A stretch of DNA of 64,000 bases, taken from Octopus vulgaris. Its lineage: Eukaryota. The notes beneath the pieces were generated by a model. That model worked only from the letters and a program-made list of their open reading frames with translations. It ran no database searches and was not told the origin of the DNA. The DNA is taken from contig OX597839.1 in assembly GCA_951406725.2 (NCBI GenBank), forward strand, positions 38,068,001-38,132,000, written 5' to 3'. The stretch's first letter is position 1. Each line of letters begins with the position of its first letter. Shown here one piece after another: positions 29,702 to 44,474 of this stretch. Position numbers and translations under genes: made by a program.

Positions 29702-29927
29702 TTTCTTTACTACCCACAAGGGGCTAAACACAGACGGGACAAATAAGGACAGACAAACGGATTAAGTCGATTACATCGACCCCAGTGAACTGGTACTTAA
29801 TTTATCGACCCCGAAAGGATGAAAGGCAAAGTCGACCTCGGCGGAATTTGAACTCAGAACGTAGCGGCAGACAAAATACCGCTAAGCATTTCGCCCGGCG
29901 TGCTAACGTTTCTGCCAGCTCGCCGCC
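29702..29927 (-). mobile_element. SINE family 2, full length
   Basis: Reverse complement of the consensus. Confidence 0.88.
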
Positions 29928-30005
29928 TTCTGCCAGCTCGCATATGTATATATATGTGGGTGTGTGCGTGCGTGCGCGCGCACGTGTTTATGTATATGTA
30001 TAGTT

Positions 30006-30037
<32 letters not shown>

Positions 30038-30283
30038 GATGTATGTATTTAGGTATATATCTGCAAACATCATGGTGGTTTACACACAGACATGCACATG
30101 GGAATAATTAATGAGAATAGAGAAAGGAGCTGAGAAGAAACAGCACTTGGTAAGGAAAGAGACGTTGATAAGAAGTCGGAAGCAGATTATTGTATGTATA
30201 CCAATATATTCACACACACACACATGTATGTGAGTGTGTAAGAGATAGATAGAAGAAGAGATAGATAGATAGATAGAAGCATA

Positions 30284-30500
<217 letters not shown>

Positions 30501-30521
30501 CTGAGGTAGATAGTTAGATAG

Positions 30522-30636
<115 letters not shown>

Positions 30637-30698
30637 CTTATGTAGACAGAAAGATAGAAAGACAGACGGACAGGAGATAGACAGAAAGACAGAGAGAC

Positions 30699-30765
<67 letters not shown>

Positions 30766-30804
30766 AACAGACAGACAGGAAGCTAGATAGACAGACAGAT
30801 ACAC

Positions 30805-30856
<52 letters not shown>

Positions 30857-32175
30857 CAAAAGATAAACAGTCACTGAGATGAGAGAAATAGTGTAAACGG
30901 GAAAATGAAGGACAGAAACAAACGGAGATTCGACAGCCATGGCTGTCGACGATGCGTTTTCTGTCCTTCACCCGAGTTCCGAAGGAATTCGTATTAATTA
31001 ACGTGTAAATGTCAGAATATGCTATCGGCCCGTATAGCCGTCTAACTTCAACGTAATTCACAGACCGAATGATACAGAGATACTATGTGAACTTTGAGTG
31101 ACAGAAACAATATGGAGAGAAAGAGTAGTGAGAAAAGAAGTGAGAATTCATCGCCCCTAGCTCCTGACAGCGATGATTCATTAGCATTCAACTGGAAAGT
31201 TAAAAGGTAAAGAGAAAAAATTGTGACACTGGCGGGACTCGAACACAGACAATTACAGAAAGGAACTTTTACGGGCTGACTCCCTATCCGGTTCTGCCAA
31301 CACGCCATCTGTTGCTGGTAAGCCCCTCCTTGTTCCAGTTTTTGAACTGCAGTTCTGCTGGGGCACCGCCTTGGCTGGGTTTTAAGCAAGCAAATTGAAA
31401 GAAACGATTTCAGTGTTAACTTTTAAAGTCTGGGACTTGTTCTATCGGTTTCAGTTTGCCGAACTGCTAGGTTACGGCGATGTAAGAAGAACCCAACTTC
31501 GTGTGTCACACGGTATGAGGACAAACACAAAAACGAAGATATACATATACATAGAAATACACGCGCACACATACATGCACGCACTCATACATAGATACAT
31601 ATATACGTACATACATACATACATACATACATACATACATACACACATACATACATACATACATACATACATACATACATACATACATACATACATACAT
31701 ACATACATACATACATACATAGTACGTATATATATACATACATACATACACACATACATAGTACGTATATACATACATACATGCACACATACATATGTAC
31801 ATAGTACGTACACACATACATACGTACGTACATGCATACATACATACATACATACATACATACATACATACATACATACATACATACATACACTTACATA
31901 CAATATCAGACAACCAAATTCTCTCACAAGGTACTGGTCCGCCAAGGTCCACAGGTGCTCCGCAGTGTGTCTGAATCCGAAACCACGTGGTTGTAAAGCG
32001 AACCTCTCAGCCACACAGATGATGCATGCGATTATGTCAGTGCGAATATAAGAATGCTTGGGATTTTGGTAAATATTTCTTAAAATATATAATGGATAGA
32101 CAACTGCACGAAGTCACCGAAGTTGTTCGAAGTGTTTTAAAAGATAGATAGATAGATAGATAGATAGGCAAAATG

Positions 32176-32234
<59 letters not shown>

Positions 32235-32297
32235 ATATATATATATATGTGTGTGTATATATATATATATGTATATGTGTATATATATATATGTATG

Positions 32298-32328
<31 letters not shown>

Positions 32329-32332
32329 GTAT

Positions 32333-32388
<56 letters not shown>

Positions 32389-32400
32389 GTATATATCTAA

Positions 32401-32466
<66 letters not shown>

Positions 32467-33170
32467 ATCGATTGATAGACAAAGAGAGAGGGAGAGAGAT
32501 TGTGTGTGTAAGAAAAGTAAAAGAGAAGGGGGTGGAGGAAAAGTGTGAAGAAGTGTTGAGCAAAGATGTGGGTAGTGGGGGAGGGTGTAGTGGAGGGGGA
32601 AGTGGTGAAGGAAGAAGGGGGTGGGGGAGAGAATAGCAGGAATCTCGCAAGTGAGATAATAATCTAGGTTGCTTTATGGAATAAGGGATTTCACTAATCT
32701 CTACCAATTGGTAATTCAATACTTACCTGGAGCAGAATCACTTCAAAGGAACACTACACGTACATGGACACACACGGACACACGGACACACACAAACGTA
32801 TATTCGTTCGTGCTTATACATATGCATATATGAATGCTTAGATACGCATCCATAACACACACACACACACATATATTTATGCACACGTGCAAAAACACAT
32901 TCATATTGGAATATATATATATATATACACGCATACACACACACACACATGCAGAGAGAAAAAGAAAGAGGAGAACAGACATATATACATATGCATATAT
33001 TTACATTGATGAATACATATGTATATATATGTATATATATATATGTATATATGTATTTATGTATATATATATATGTAAGCATGTATGTATGTATATACAT
33101 ATATAAATATAATATATGTGTGTTGGGTGACTGTGTGTGTGAGCAAGGTACTTACGATTGTACACACATT

Positions 33171-33244
<74 letters not shown>

Positions 33245-33327
33245 CATCGTTATGTACCAGTATTTATGCATAAATATGCATGATTGTATATATACGTAAG
33301 TATATATATATATATATATACATACAT

Positions 33328-33378
<51 letters not shown>

Positions 33379-33856
33379 ATATGTGAGAACGTATATATGT
33401 TTATACACTATATGTGTATTTGTCTCTAGTGTGTATGTATCTGTGTGTGTTTGTATATGCATAAATATACATCATGATACTTCCTCCGCCGGCACACTCG
33501 AATTTCTACATACATGTTCACGTGCGCAAAAGAAAAAACAAAAACAACATAGCCTGATTACTACTTATGTTGTTAAGGAAACTTGAATCGAGTGTAGAAA
33601 GGATATACCCTGCTGTGTATACATCAATTTATACAAACGTAGACGCGCTTACATCTATACATAAATATATATGTGTGTATGTATGTATGTATGTATGTAT
33701 GTATGTATGTATGTATGTATGTATGTATGTGTATATATATATACATATATGAATATAAATGTATATATATATATGAATATATATATATGTATATATACAT
33801 ATAATATATATATATATGTACGTGTATGTATATATATATACATAAATATACATATA

Positions 33857-34052
33857 ACGCCATGATAGATCGTTAGCTCCTACACGCATTTTTTTCTCTC
33901 CTTGTTTTTTTCTGTGTATCTTTCTGTCGAAGAGCGTAGGCTCGAAACGTAAAAGACTTGTTCTATTTCTAATCCTGAGCGCCATACTAATACATTTGTT
34001 TGTTTGTACTCCACCTGCCTTCGTCTTTTGTTTCTTTTCGTAAACCTTCCCG

Positions 34053-34053
<1 letters not shown>
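33857..34053 (+). mobile_element. ~200-bp (TA)n-anchored repeat, family A
   Basis: Reverse complement of 27355-27551 with few substitutions. Confidence 0.7.
33919..33956 (+). ncRNA. Minimal hammerhead-like motif, family A
   Basis: TCTTT-CTGTCGA-A-GAGC gtag GCTC-GAAA-CG-TA|AAAGA. Confidence 0.6.
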
Positions 34054-34092
<39 letters not shown>

Positions 34093-34303
34093 CAATGATA
34101 AATCTCAGAGCGAGTTATATACAGTAGCGGCAACACATCGTGACATATATTTGCCATTTGAATATGGCTAACCCCTAAGGGTGGATGCTACTGTAGTTTG
34201 TAGCCCCAGGAAGACACCTCCTCCAGCTGGCTATAGACACACTTTCTGTGCCCTATCAGTATGTGTGAAGGGAAGTCATCCTTCCCGTCTTCAACTTATG
34301 ATA

Positions 34304-34348
34304 CACACGGACTCGAGTTTCAAGGTATTGACCTATCATCGGCGTGTG
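34304..34348 (-). ncRNA. Inverted identical copy of the 34521-34565 hammerhead motif
   Basis: Exact reverse complement inside a ~247-bp inverted repeat. Confidence 0.75.
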
Positions 34349-34520
34349 ACAATCATAGTTGTCGACGAGAATTCAGTTTCCCTCACAAATACATATACTT
34401 TTTCCAGTATTGATTGACACTGATATTGAAAAAGTGAAATCAAACAATGATAAATCTCAGAGCGAGTTATAAACAGTAGCGGCAGAGGGAAACTGACTTC
34501 TCGTCGACAACTATGATTGT

Positions 34521-34565
34521 CACACGCCGATGATAGGTCAATACCTTGAAACTCGAGTCCGTGTG
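34521..34565 (+). ncRNA. Type I hammerhead ribozyme motif (Penelope-type, U4C core variant)
   Basis: CACACG-CCGATGA-T-AGGT caat ACCT-T-GAAA-CTCGAG-TC|CGTGTG: 6-bp stem I, 4-bp stem II, palindromic stem III ACTCGAGT, GUC site after 34559. Confidence 0.75.
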
Positions 34566-35000
34566 TATCATAAGTTGAAGACGGGAAGGATGAATTCCCT
34601 TCACAAATACTGGTAGGGCACAGAAAGTGTGTCTATAGCCAGCTGGAGGAGGTGTCTTCCTGGGGCTACAAACTACAGTAGCATCCACCCTTAGGGGTTA
34701 GCCATATTCAAATGGCAAATATACGTCACGATATATATATATGCGCAGGCGTGGCTGCGTGGTAAGTTGTTTCAGTTCGGTTTAAAATAAGTATTAACAC
34801 TATCATTGATGTTTCGTTGTGAATATATATCGATTTTGTATTATTTTAAATGATTTTAAAAAGATAAGAAAATATCCAATATCCTAAAAATGGGGAAATA
34901 TAATGGTAATCCTGTTCAATTGGATGGCATACCTTGTTTAACTATCTGAGGCGATGCAGGCGAATTTGTGTGAATCGGGTTTTTAAAAAATGTTTCACTG

Positions 35001-35398
35001 GCGCAGGAGTGGCTGTGTGGTAAGTAGCTTGCTAACCAACCACATGGTTCCGGGTTCAGTCCCACTGCGTGGCATCTTGGGCAAGTGTCTTCTGCTATAG
35101 CCCCGGGCCGACCAAGGCCTTGTGAGTGGATTTGGTAGACGGAAACTGAAAGAAGCCTGTCGTATATATGTATATATATATATATATGTGTGTGTTTGTG
35201 TGTACCCCTAGCATTGCTTGACAACCGATGCTGGTGTGTTTACGTCCCCGTTACTTAGCGGTTCGGCAAAAAGAGACCGATAGAATAAGTACTAGGCTTA
35301 CAAAGAATAAGTCCCGGGGTCGATTTGATCGACTAAAGGCGGTGCTCCAGCATGGCCGCAGTCAAATGACTGAAACAAGTAAAAGAGTAAAAAGAGAG
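35001..35398 (+). mobile_element. SINE family 1, full length
   Basis: Same consensus. Confidence 0.88.
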
Positions 35399-35439
35399 TT
35401 AGAAATATTCTTTCAAACTGTATATGTTAGTTTTACACT

Positions 35440-36840
35440 CCGTGGGGACCGCAGGTGGGAGCAGTAGTCCAGACGACTGAGGGCAAAGGTTCTCCAAAGC
35501 AGAATCATTGTGTCTCTGTTCCTGGTCCTGAAGGATCTAAGGATCTAACCTGTCACCCCTTGCATTGTGTAGCCATTGAGCAATGAGCAAATGGAAAAGT
35601 GCATCGTTGCTCATGTGGATTCCCAGGTCACGCACCGACTCTAACTCTAGGAGTACAACTGTGGGATTACATTGCTTGCAGGTCCCGTGCACTTCAGCTG
35701 TAGTTTGTTTGAAGGCTGATAGCGGAGTGCTTGAAATTTTGCGCCATTGAACTGCATATTATTCTCATCGGCCCATTTATATATTGCGTTCAGGTCATTC
35801 TTCAGTCTTAGGGTGTTGGTAGGATCCTTGACCGCCTGCGATACTTTTGTATCATCCTCGCGGCTGGTGAGTGTGGCTGACTCAATGGCTGAGAGCAACT
35901 ACAAACAGTAGTAGTCCCAGCACTGTTCCCTAGGGGACCCCACAGAGGATTGGTGTCACTTCAGAAAGAGCACCATTTGCGGTGACAGCCTGACTTCTGC
36001 CCTTTAGGAACTCATACAGCCACTCTCCCAGTCTACCAGTGATACCGAGGTCACGCAGTTTGTGACATCTCATCCCATGATCGACTTTGTCAAAAGCATT
36101 GGCAAAGTCGAGATATATCACATCCACATTTGAATGGTTGAGCTGTTGTTTTAGTACCCAGTCGAAGTGCTGTAGTAGCTGTGTTAGGTAGCTCCCTCCT
36201 GGACGGAAACCATGTTGCGTGTCTGTAAGCAAGTCCTTTTCCTCTAGAAACGTTGTCAGTCTTTTTCTGATAATGTGTTCCATGATCTTGCTGACGTGTG
36301 AGATCAGAGAGATAGGCCTGTAGTTTATAGCATCTGCTCTGCTTCCTCCTTTGTGGACAGAGCAGATTATTCCTTCTTTTAACGTTTGAGGAAATGTACC
36401 GTATTCAAGAGAACTCTAGAAAAGCATTTGCAGTGGTTTTGCCTCTGCTGTCTTGCATGTTTTTAACGGAATTGCTGCGAGTCCATCGGGGCCTGTTGCA
36501 GAGTTTGGGTTTATTTTGTCAATGGCCTCTTCTGTAACATCAATATTATCGATGGTCGCCTTTTTCTCTTGTAGGTTAGTGTTGACCAACTCACCAGGTC
36601 TGCTTATTTTCATGTTTTCTTGTGGGGAGGTGAAAACACTTTGGAATTGTTTATTGAGTGCTTCACCTATCCTCTTGGTCTCCGCAGTCAGTGAGCCCTT
36701 TTCATCAAACAGAGGCCCTATCCTGTATGACACTGAGGCAGACTCTTTTGCGAACTTATAGAAGGTTTTAGGGTTTCTTTTTATATTTTCCGCCACCTTG
36801 GCTTTTCTGTTCACCCTTTCTTTTTCATCGGAAAGTCTGT
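35440..36840 (-). mobile_element. Decayed CR1-group LINE, reverse transcriptase region
   Basis: Motifs NPKTFYKF, SATGPDG, NYRPISL, QHGFRPG, VIYLDFANAFDKVDH, GVP*GTVLG, DDTK (YADD degraded), VRDLGI, RLDYCS; stops and frameshifts. Confidence 0.9.
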
Positions 36841-36848
36841 TTATATTC

Positions 36849-37225
36849 TCAGGGTGATTGAAAAGTAACTCCTTATTTTAAAATACTGATAAATTATGTA
36901 TTAATTGTATTAATCAATTTTAATTGTTTGCTTTTTGAAGTATGAGAATTTAATCTGTAATCGTACTGTTCTTGTCGTTCGTGAATGTCCCCCTTCCCCG
37001 GGAGATGGATGGGTTGTTGTTGTTGTTGTTCCACATGAGTAGCCAATCAGGAGTCCCGACTTAACACCCTGTGACTTCTTTATTTGAGGTTGGTTAAAGG
37101 AACAAGTCTACTGTACCAAACCAAAGACTTTGGAAGAACTTGAAGGGCGAATACGAGAAGTCATTTTAGTAAATTAATAAGTAAATTGACATAATATGGT
37201 GCCTAAAAGTGGATGAGTACCACCT
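36849..37225 (+). mobile_element. Tc1/mariner-superfamily (maT/DD37D-like) transposase remnant
   Basis: 36995-37165 translates FPGRWMG..PHE*PIRSPDLTPCDFFI*GWLKEQVYCTKPKTLEELEGRIRE; CAGGGTG-type left end at ~36850. Confidence 0.7.
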
Positions 37226-37250
37226 ATTGATCCCCTCCAATTTCTTATTG

Positions 37251-37331
<81 letters not shown>

Positions 37332-37590
37332 CTTATTATATTACATTTAACTTTTTTATACTTTTTGGTTAGTTTAAAAAAAAATTTAAGTTTAAAAATT
37401 TAAAAATAGAAAAATATAAAAATTTATAAATATAAATTTAAAAATTTCAAATTTTAATAATTTTATTTAAATTTAAAATTTTATATTTTATATATATATT
37501 GTATATTATATTATATTTATTTTTTATTTTTTTATGTTTTGGTTTATGTCTATCACTGTTTGAGTTGCCTAATAGTGGTTCTATCTCTAA

Positions 37591-37649
<59 letters not shown>

Positions 37650-37668
37650 CGTCGCTATCGTTTGTTTT

Positions 37669-37699
<31 letters not shown>

Positions 37700-37793
37700 T
37701 TCATTATTCTAATATCTTTTGAAACTTATGCATATATAAATACATACAAAATATATATATAAACATATACACATACACTTTTACAGAATTAGC

Positions 37794-37881
<88 letters not shown>

Positions 37882-38433
37882 TGTGTATGTGTAAAAATCA
37901 AACATTACTTGTGACTCTGTACATAACCAAATATTCGAACAACGCGAAATTTTGCCCTTGGGTGAGACAAATCAGTTGACGGGAATTGACATTTGTAACT
38001 GTTTACCATTTTGTCGTTTCCAACTTGCATTCATTACAACTCTGATATTTACCAAAATCTTCCGCCAGCTCCCCCACCCCCACGCCTTGTCTTTCGGCCC
38101 TTTCAGCCCTTCATTCTTTCCTTTTTTTCACTGACTCTCTCTCAGTCACTCTTTCACACTTCCTGCCATTCTAATTTTCTTTCCTTTTCTCTCGTTCGTT
38201 CGCACACACACACACACACACATATATACACACACACATGTACACAGATACACGAATAGACGTAGACAGACGCACAGACAAACAAGCATTCATGTTTCTC
38301 TTTTGGAGAAGATTAAGTTGAGAGAAGGCTTCGAAATGGGAAGACAACAAAACAGCATTAATAAATACTACTACTACTACTACTAATAATAATAATGATG
38401 ATGATAATAATAATAATAATAATAATAATAAGG

Positions 38434-38484
<51 letters not shown>

Positions 38485-38499
38485 GTAATAATGATGATG

Positions 38500-38533
<34 letters not shown>

Positions 38534-38562
38534 GGATAATAATAATAATAATAATAATGATG

Positions 38563-38599
<37 letters not shown>

Positions 38600-38601
38600 G
38601 G

Positions 38602-38668
<67 letters not shown>

Positions 38669-38670
38669 GG

Positions 38671-38738
<68 letters not shown>

Positions 38739-39593
38739 TAAATTTAAACTATAATAGTAGTCGTTGTTGTAGTAATAGTAATAATAATTGTAATGATATT
38801 ATTTAAAAACAACGACAGAAGTGGGGGGGAAGAGAGGGAGGGAGGGAGGAGGATGAGGATGAGGAAGAGAAAGAAGAAGCGGGGAAGAAGATAACGAAGA
38901 GGAGGAGAAGATAGAGAAAAAGAAGGAAGCTAGTGTAGAAAAGGGGAAAGAAGAAGAAATGAAGAACAGAAGGAAGGAAAGGAAAAAGAGAAGCAGAAGG
39001 GGGAGAAGAAGAGGAGTAGGAAGAACAAAACGAAGAGGATGAGGATGAGGGGGAAGATAAGAGGGAGAAAAATAAGAGGGAGGAAGAAGAAGAAAGATGG
39101 GGAATCGGAAGGTGTGGAAAAGCAAAAGTAAAACATGAAAATCAAAATGGCGGCTGAAAGAGTTTATGAAATGTTAGAGATATTAGGTGAGTTAATAGTG
39201 AACAGCTGCAGGCTGGTTGTGAGCTGGCGGTCAATGGATGGCTTTCATTAAAGCATCTCCAGAAGAGAAAGCAGTTTATGAAATTGGGCCTGTTTGCTGC
39301 CGGTTCTACTTGTTGCTGTTGGTTTGTTGTCGTTGTTGTTGTTGTTGTTGTGGTTTAGATGGCGGTGGTGGTGGTGGTGAGATAATGGTGATAATGTGAT
39401 AAATCTGTGGTGTTGGTGGTGATTGTGGTGGTGGTGAGCGGCAGTGAAGTGTTTGCTGTTACTAATAAACGCAAGACATATACGTATATATGCATGTTTA
39501 TATGGTTATTTACTGTGTGTTTATGCATGTAGTTTGTCCGTATATATATATATGTATATATATATATATACATATACACACACATATATATAT

Positions 39594-39628
<35 letters not shown>

Positions 39629-39752
39629 CATATATATATGTATATGTATCATTTATATATGCATATATATAGACATATGACTATGTAAATATATGTAAAT
39701 ATATGTAAAGGCACATATATATGTGTACACACACTCACACAAATACACAAAT

Positions 39753-39803
<51 letters not shown>

Positions 39804-40014
39804 TATATAAATATATATTTATATATTTTGCTTGTAACTAAAAAAATTCAAATAGCTGCATACTGAATGTCTTTCCATTATATATATGTGCATATGTGTG
39901 TGCATGTACATGTGTGAGTGTGTATACATATATCTATATATATATGTAATACATATATATATATATATGTGCATTTATATATACATACACACATATATAT
40001 ATATTTATATGTAT

Positions 40015-40054
<40 letters not shown>

Positions 40055-40065
40055 CATACATATGC

Positions 40066-40114
<49 letters not shown>

Positions 40115-41135
40115 CCAAACATACATATTGACATTTGCATCAAGATGTTATGATTTATGTTTTGCGAGTGTTTGTATATATATATATATATATATATATA
40201 GATATATATATATATACATATATACATGTACACACAGACACAAATGCATAGACACGTGCGTGCGTTTGTGCATGTGCGCGTGTGTGAGTGCGCGAGTGTT
40301 TGCGCACGCGCACCTATGTGTGTGCTTACCTATCAGGCTCCGCATCAGTCACGTGTAACAATGCGCATGTCATTTCCCTTCATAGCCAATTCCTTCTTGC
40401 ATGACATCACAACCCATTTTCTTCAATATAACTATATCCGACTTTTCAATTCTTTTACTTTATATTTTTACCCCTTTTTTCATTCCCCTTTCCGCTTCAT
40501 TGACGTCCCATTGCCTTTCTCCGTGATATTCTAATATAATATAATATAATTGACAACTCCATTCTTCCTTCTGTTTCTTCCCAGAATCGCCAATTCATTT
40601 CACATGGGACTACTTCCCGTTCCATGCTAAGCAATTATATCCCCATAAGACATGTTTATCACATACCCATGTCTCTTAATATCCTAATATTTAAAAACAC
40701 CCTTCCACACCCAATTTATTTCCAAGATATCATTGGTTGTATTTGATATCTCGTCCTACTTTGTCAATTCATCCTCTAATTTTCTGTTAATTTAAAACGC
40801 CTGGCCTCTCAAGGTTGGGTACTTTATACTCCATATCTCCACTCACGCTTCCTATTCGCTTCTTCTTGTAATTGCCCCGCCATTCTCCCATCTGCCACTC
40901 ATATGATTTACACCAACGTTTTTTTTTTCATAACCTACACTCATGATTACTGTTATAATGTTGTATTATCCTATTCCACGCTGCGTGGTTTAGAAGCTTG
41001 CTTCTGTTTGCAAACCACATGGTTTCCGGTTCAGTCCTAATTCGTGGCATTTTGGCCAAGTATTTTCTGTTCTGCCATAGTTCCATGCTAATTAGTACTT
41101 TAAATTTAGAAGGAAATTGGCGCAAGTACGTCGTG

Positions 41136-41191
<56 letters not shown>

Positions 41192-41604
41192 CTCTTTTAC
41201 TCTTTTACTCTTTTACTTGTTTGTCATTTGACTGCGGCCATGCTGAAGCACCGCCTTTAGTCGAACAAATCGACCCCGAGACTTATTCTTTGTAAGCCTG
41301 GTACTTATTCTATCGGTCTCTTTTGCCGAACCGCTAAGTGACGGGGACGTAAACACACCAGCATCGGTTGTCAAGCAATGCTAGGGGGACAAACACAGAC
41401 ACACAAACACATACACACACATACATATATATATACATATATACGACAGGCTTCTTTCAGTTTCCGTCTACCAAATCCACTCACAAGGCATTGGTCGGCC
41501 CGGGGCTATAGCAGAAGACACTTGCCCAAGATGCCACGCAGTGGAACTGAATCCGGAACCATGCGGTTGGTAGACAAGCTACTTACCACACAGCCACTCC
41601 TGCG

Positions 41605-41606
<2 letters not shown>
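41192..41606 (-). mobile_element. SINE family 1, full length
   Basis: Same consensus; head-to-head with a partial + copy at 41653-41821. Confidence 0.88.
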
Positions 41607-41654
<48 letters not shown>

Positions 41655-41848
41655 CGCAGCGCAGGCGTGGCTGTATGGTAAGAAGTTTGTTTCCCAACCA
41701 TATGGTCCCGGGTTCAGTCCTACTGCGTGGCACCTTGGGCAAGTGTCTTCTACAATAGCTTCGAGCCGACCAAAGTCTTGTGAGTGGATTTGGTAGACGG
41801 AAACTGAAAGAAGCCCATCGTGTGTGTGTGTGTGTGTGTGTATGTGTA

Positions 41849-41904
<56 letters not shown>

Positions 41905-41916
41905 ATGTATGTATAC

Positions 41917-41948
<32 letters not shown>

Positions 41949-41984
41949 ACATATATGTGTATGTATATATACATATATATATAT

Positions 41985-42027
<43 letters not shown>

Positions 42028-42681
42028 AAAAGTGTACGTACACGGCTACCGTAGTTGCTTCTGCCGGTTATTAATGCCAACTAACCTCAGTGAGTGTATA
42101 TAAAAAAAACCCAAGCTTTGTATGATTTACTAACCTCAGTCTTTCTTTCCATCGGTTAAATCCAGATGTCTCGACAGAGACTGCATGTTTTCGGTAGAGA
42201 AAATAATTAATTTATAATTAAGAACAGGTTTATATCCAGTTTTATTCAGTAGTTAATTACTTGTTTTCGTTTCTGCACCTACACATGTTTCTGCGGTTGC
42301 TAATGCACACTGCAAAATTTTCATCTTTGTGTGCACTTGTTGTTAATTGCCGCTTCTTCAGGTAGGAGTCAACTGCATCGTTCAGAAAGAATCTAAATTA
42401 AATACAAGTCCGGCCGACATACACGTAGTGTTGTGATTGTCCCCACCCCCAAAATAGCATAGATCCTGACCTTTTCAATTCTGCGGATTAAAAACAAAAT
42501 GACTAACTGTCCAAGGAATTTTAACAATTGCTACATTAGGGAAAAAGGATGATATTTCTCCGTAGACAGAACAAAAAAATTAGCAACATTCTTAATCAAT
42601 TTTCGAACCTTATTGGATTCTAATCAGTGTCGTCCATATCAAATGGAAGAAACCCGTATAAATATATATAGTCTAATTACT

Positions 42682-43083
42682 CTTTTACTCTTTTACTTGT
42701 TTCAGTCATTTGACTGCGGCCATGCTGGAGCACCGCCTTTAATCGAGCAACTCGACCCCGGGACTTATTCTTTTGTAAGCCCAGTACTTATTCTATCGGT
42801 CTCTTTTGCCGAACCGCTAAGTAACAGGGACATAAACACACCAGCATCGGTTGTCAAGTAATGCTAGGGGGACAAACACATACACACAAACACACACATG
42901 CATATATATATACATATATACGACGGGCTTCTTTTCAGTTTCCGTCTACCAAATCCACTCACAAGGCTTTGGTCGGCCCGAGGCTATAGTAGAAGACAGT
43001 TGCCCAAGGTGCCACGCAGTGGGAATGAACCTGGAACCATGTGGTTGCTAAGCAAGCTACTTACCACACAGCCACTCCTGCGT
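42682..43083 (-). mobile_element. SINE family 1, full length with TSD
   Basis: GTCTAATTACT duplicated at 42671-42681 and 43082-43092. Confidence 0.9.
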
Positions 43084-43628
43084 CTAATTACTTTAAATTT
43101 TCCATCAATCCCTTGTGAGATTTTCAACAGTAATCCTATGGCTTTTCCTTACCTACTCGGGTTGAATCAACATGGAAGACCTCACAAATTACCCACCTTT
43201 TTTTTTTATCTCATCAACGGCATTATGTTACGGTCTTTCCTCGATTTGTACTCGTCAGTGTCGGATCACTATCAACTTTCTCCCGTCGAACTTTCCTCGT
43301 TTGCTCCAACATTTATATATTTTTGTTCTCTCTTCCGTACAAATATGCTTCATATGATTTCGTACCTTGAAACTGCCTGTTCATAATTTATTCCATTATA
43401 ACTACATTCGTATATGTGTGTGTGTGTGTATGTTTGCACACTCTATCGCTTGTCCTCTTTCTAGGGCATGCTCAACTCTCTCTCTCTCTCTCTCTCTCTC
43501 TTATCTTGATACATTGAAGAATTGTTGCCTAAAATTGAGTGGCGGTGGGAGTTTCTGTGGAGGTGGAAGTGGGCTGCTGGGTCAGTTATAGATAGATGGA
43601 ACTTTTGCAAAAATGTACGGGGGAGTCG

Positions 43629-43664
<36 letters not shown>

Positions 43665-43796
43665 GTGCATGTGTGTGAATATACATATGTGTGTGTGTGT
43701 GTGTATGTGTGCGAATATACATATATATATATATATGTGTGTGTGTGTGCATGTGTATGAATATACATATGTGTATGTGTATGTGTGTGAATATAC

Positions 43797-43842
<46 letters not shown>

Positions 43843-44474
43843 GTTTATATATATGCATAATTACACATACGTACATATATGCTTTATCTCTAAACATTAT
43901 CAGATCTCTGATATCTGTGAGATATACGCGAAGAGCTGGGTGGTGTTTTCCAGACATGTAAACAAATACATACATACATACATACATACATACATACATA
44001 CATACAAACAAGCAAATATATACACACGCACACACATACACATACACATACACATGCGCGCGCACGCACGCACACATACACATATATAGTGACATACATA
44101 CATATATGTCTGTGTGCGTGGTTGGGTGATTTACATATATGCCTATATATACATTCCTAATTTCATGTATATTTGTATAGAAAAGTACACACACGCTACA
44201 CAGTTACACACACGCACACACACACACGCCCACACACACGCACACACACACACACACACATACATATGGCGATATAAATATAGTAATAGATGTGTGTTTG
44301 TGTCTATCTATTTATAGTAAGGAATCTCTGAAACAATAAGTTGCATAAGAAATGACATTAAATTCCTCTTCTGCCTCGTATATCGCTTCTCAACACGCAG
44401 TTTCTCTCGCTAGGTGTCCCTCTGGTTAACTCACTCTCTATAGCATACATTTGCCCTTTGGCTCTTCATTCGTA

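Noticed and set aside
40555-40815. Possible exon after the TTCTTCCCAG acceptor at 40583
   Set aside because: No good donor or coding similarity; probably old repeat sequence
42350-42367. Second AG|GT junction (TTCTTCAG|GTAGGA)
   Set aside because: Short pyrimidine tract and weaker donor; expected by chance
43222-43264. Minus-strand CTGACGA..GAAA..GTA hammerhead-like string
   Set aside because: Neither stem I nor stem II pairs
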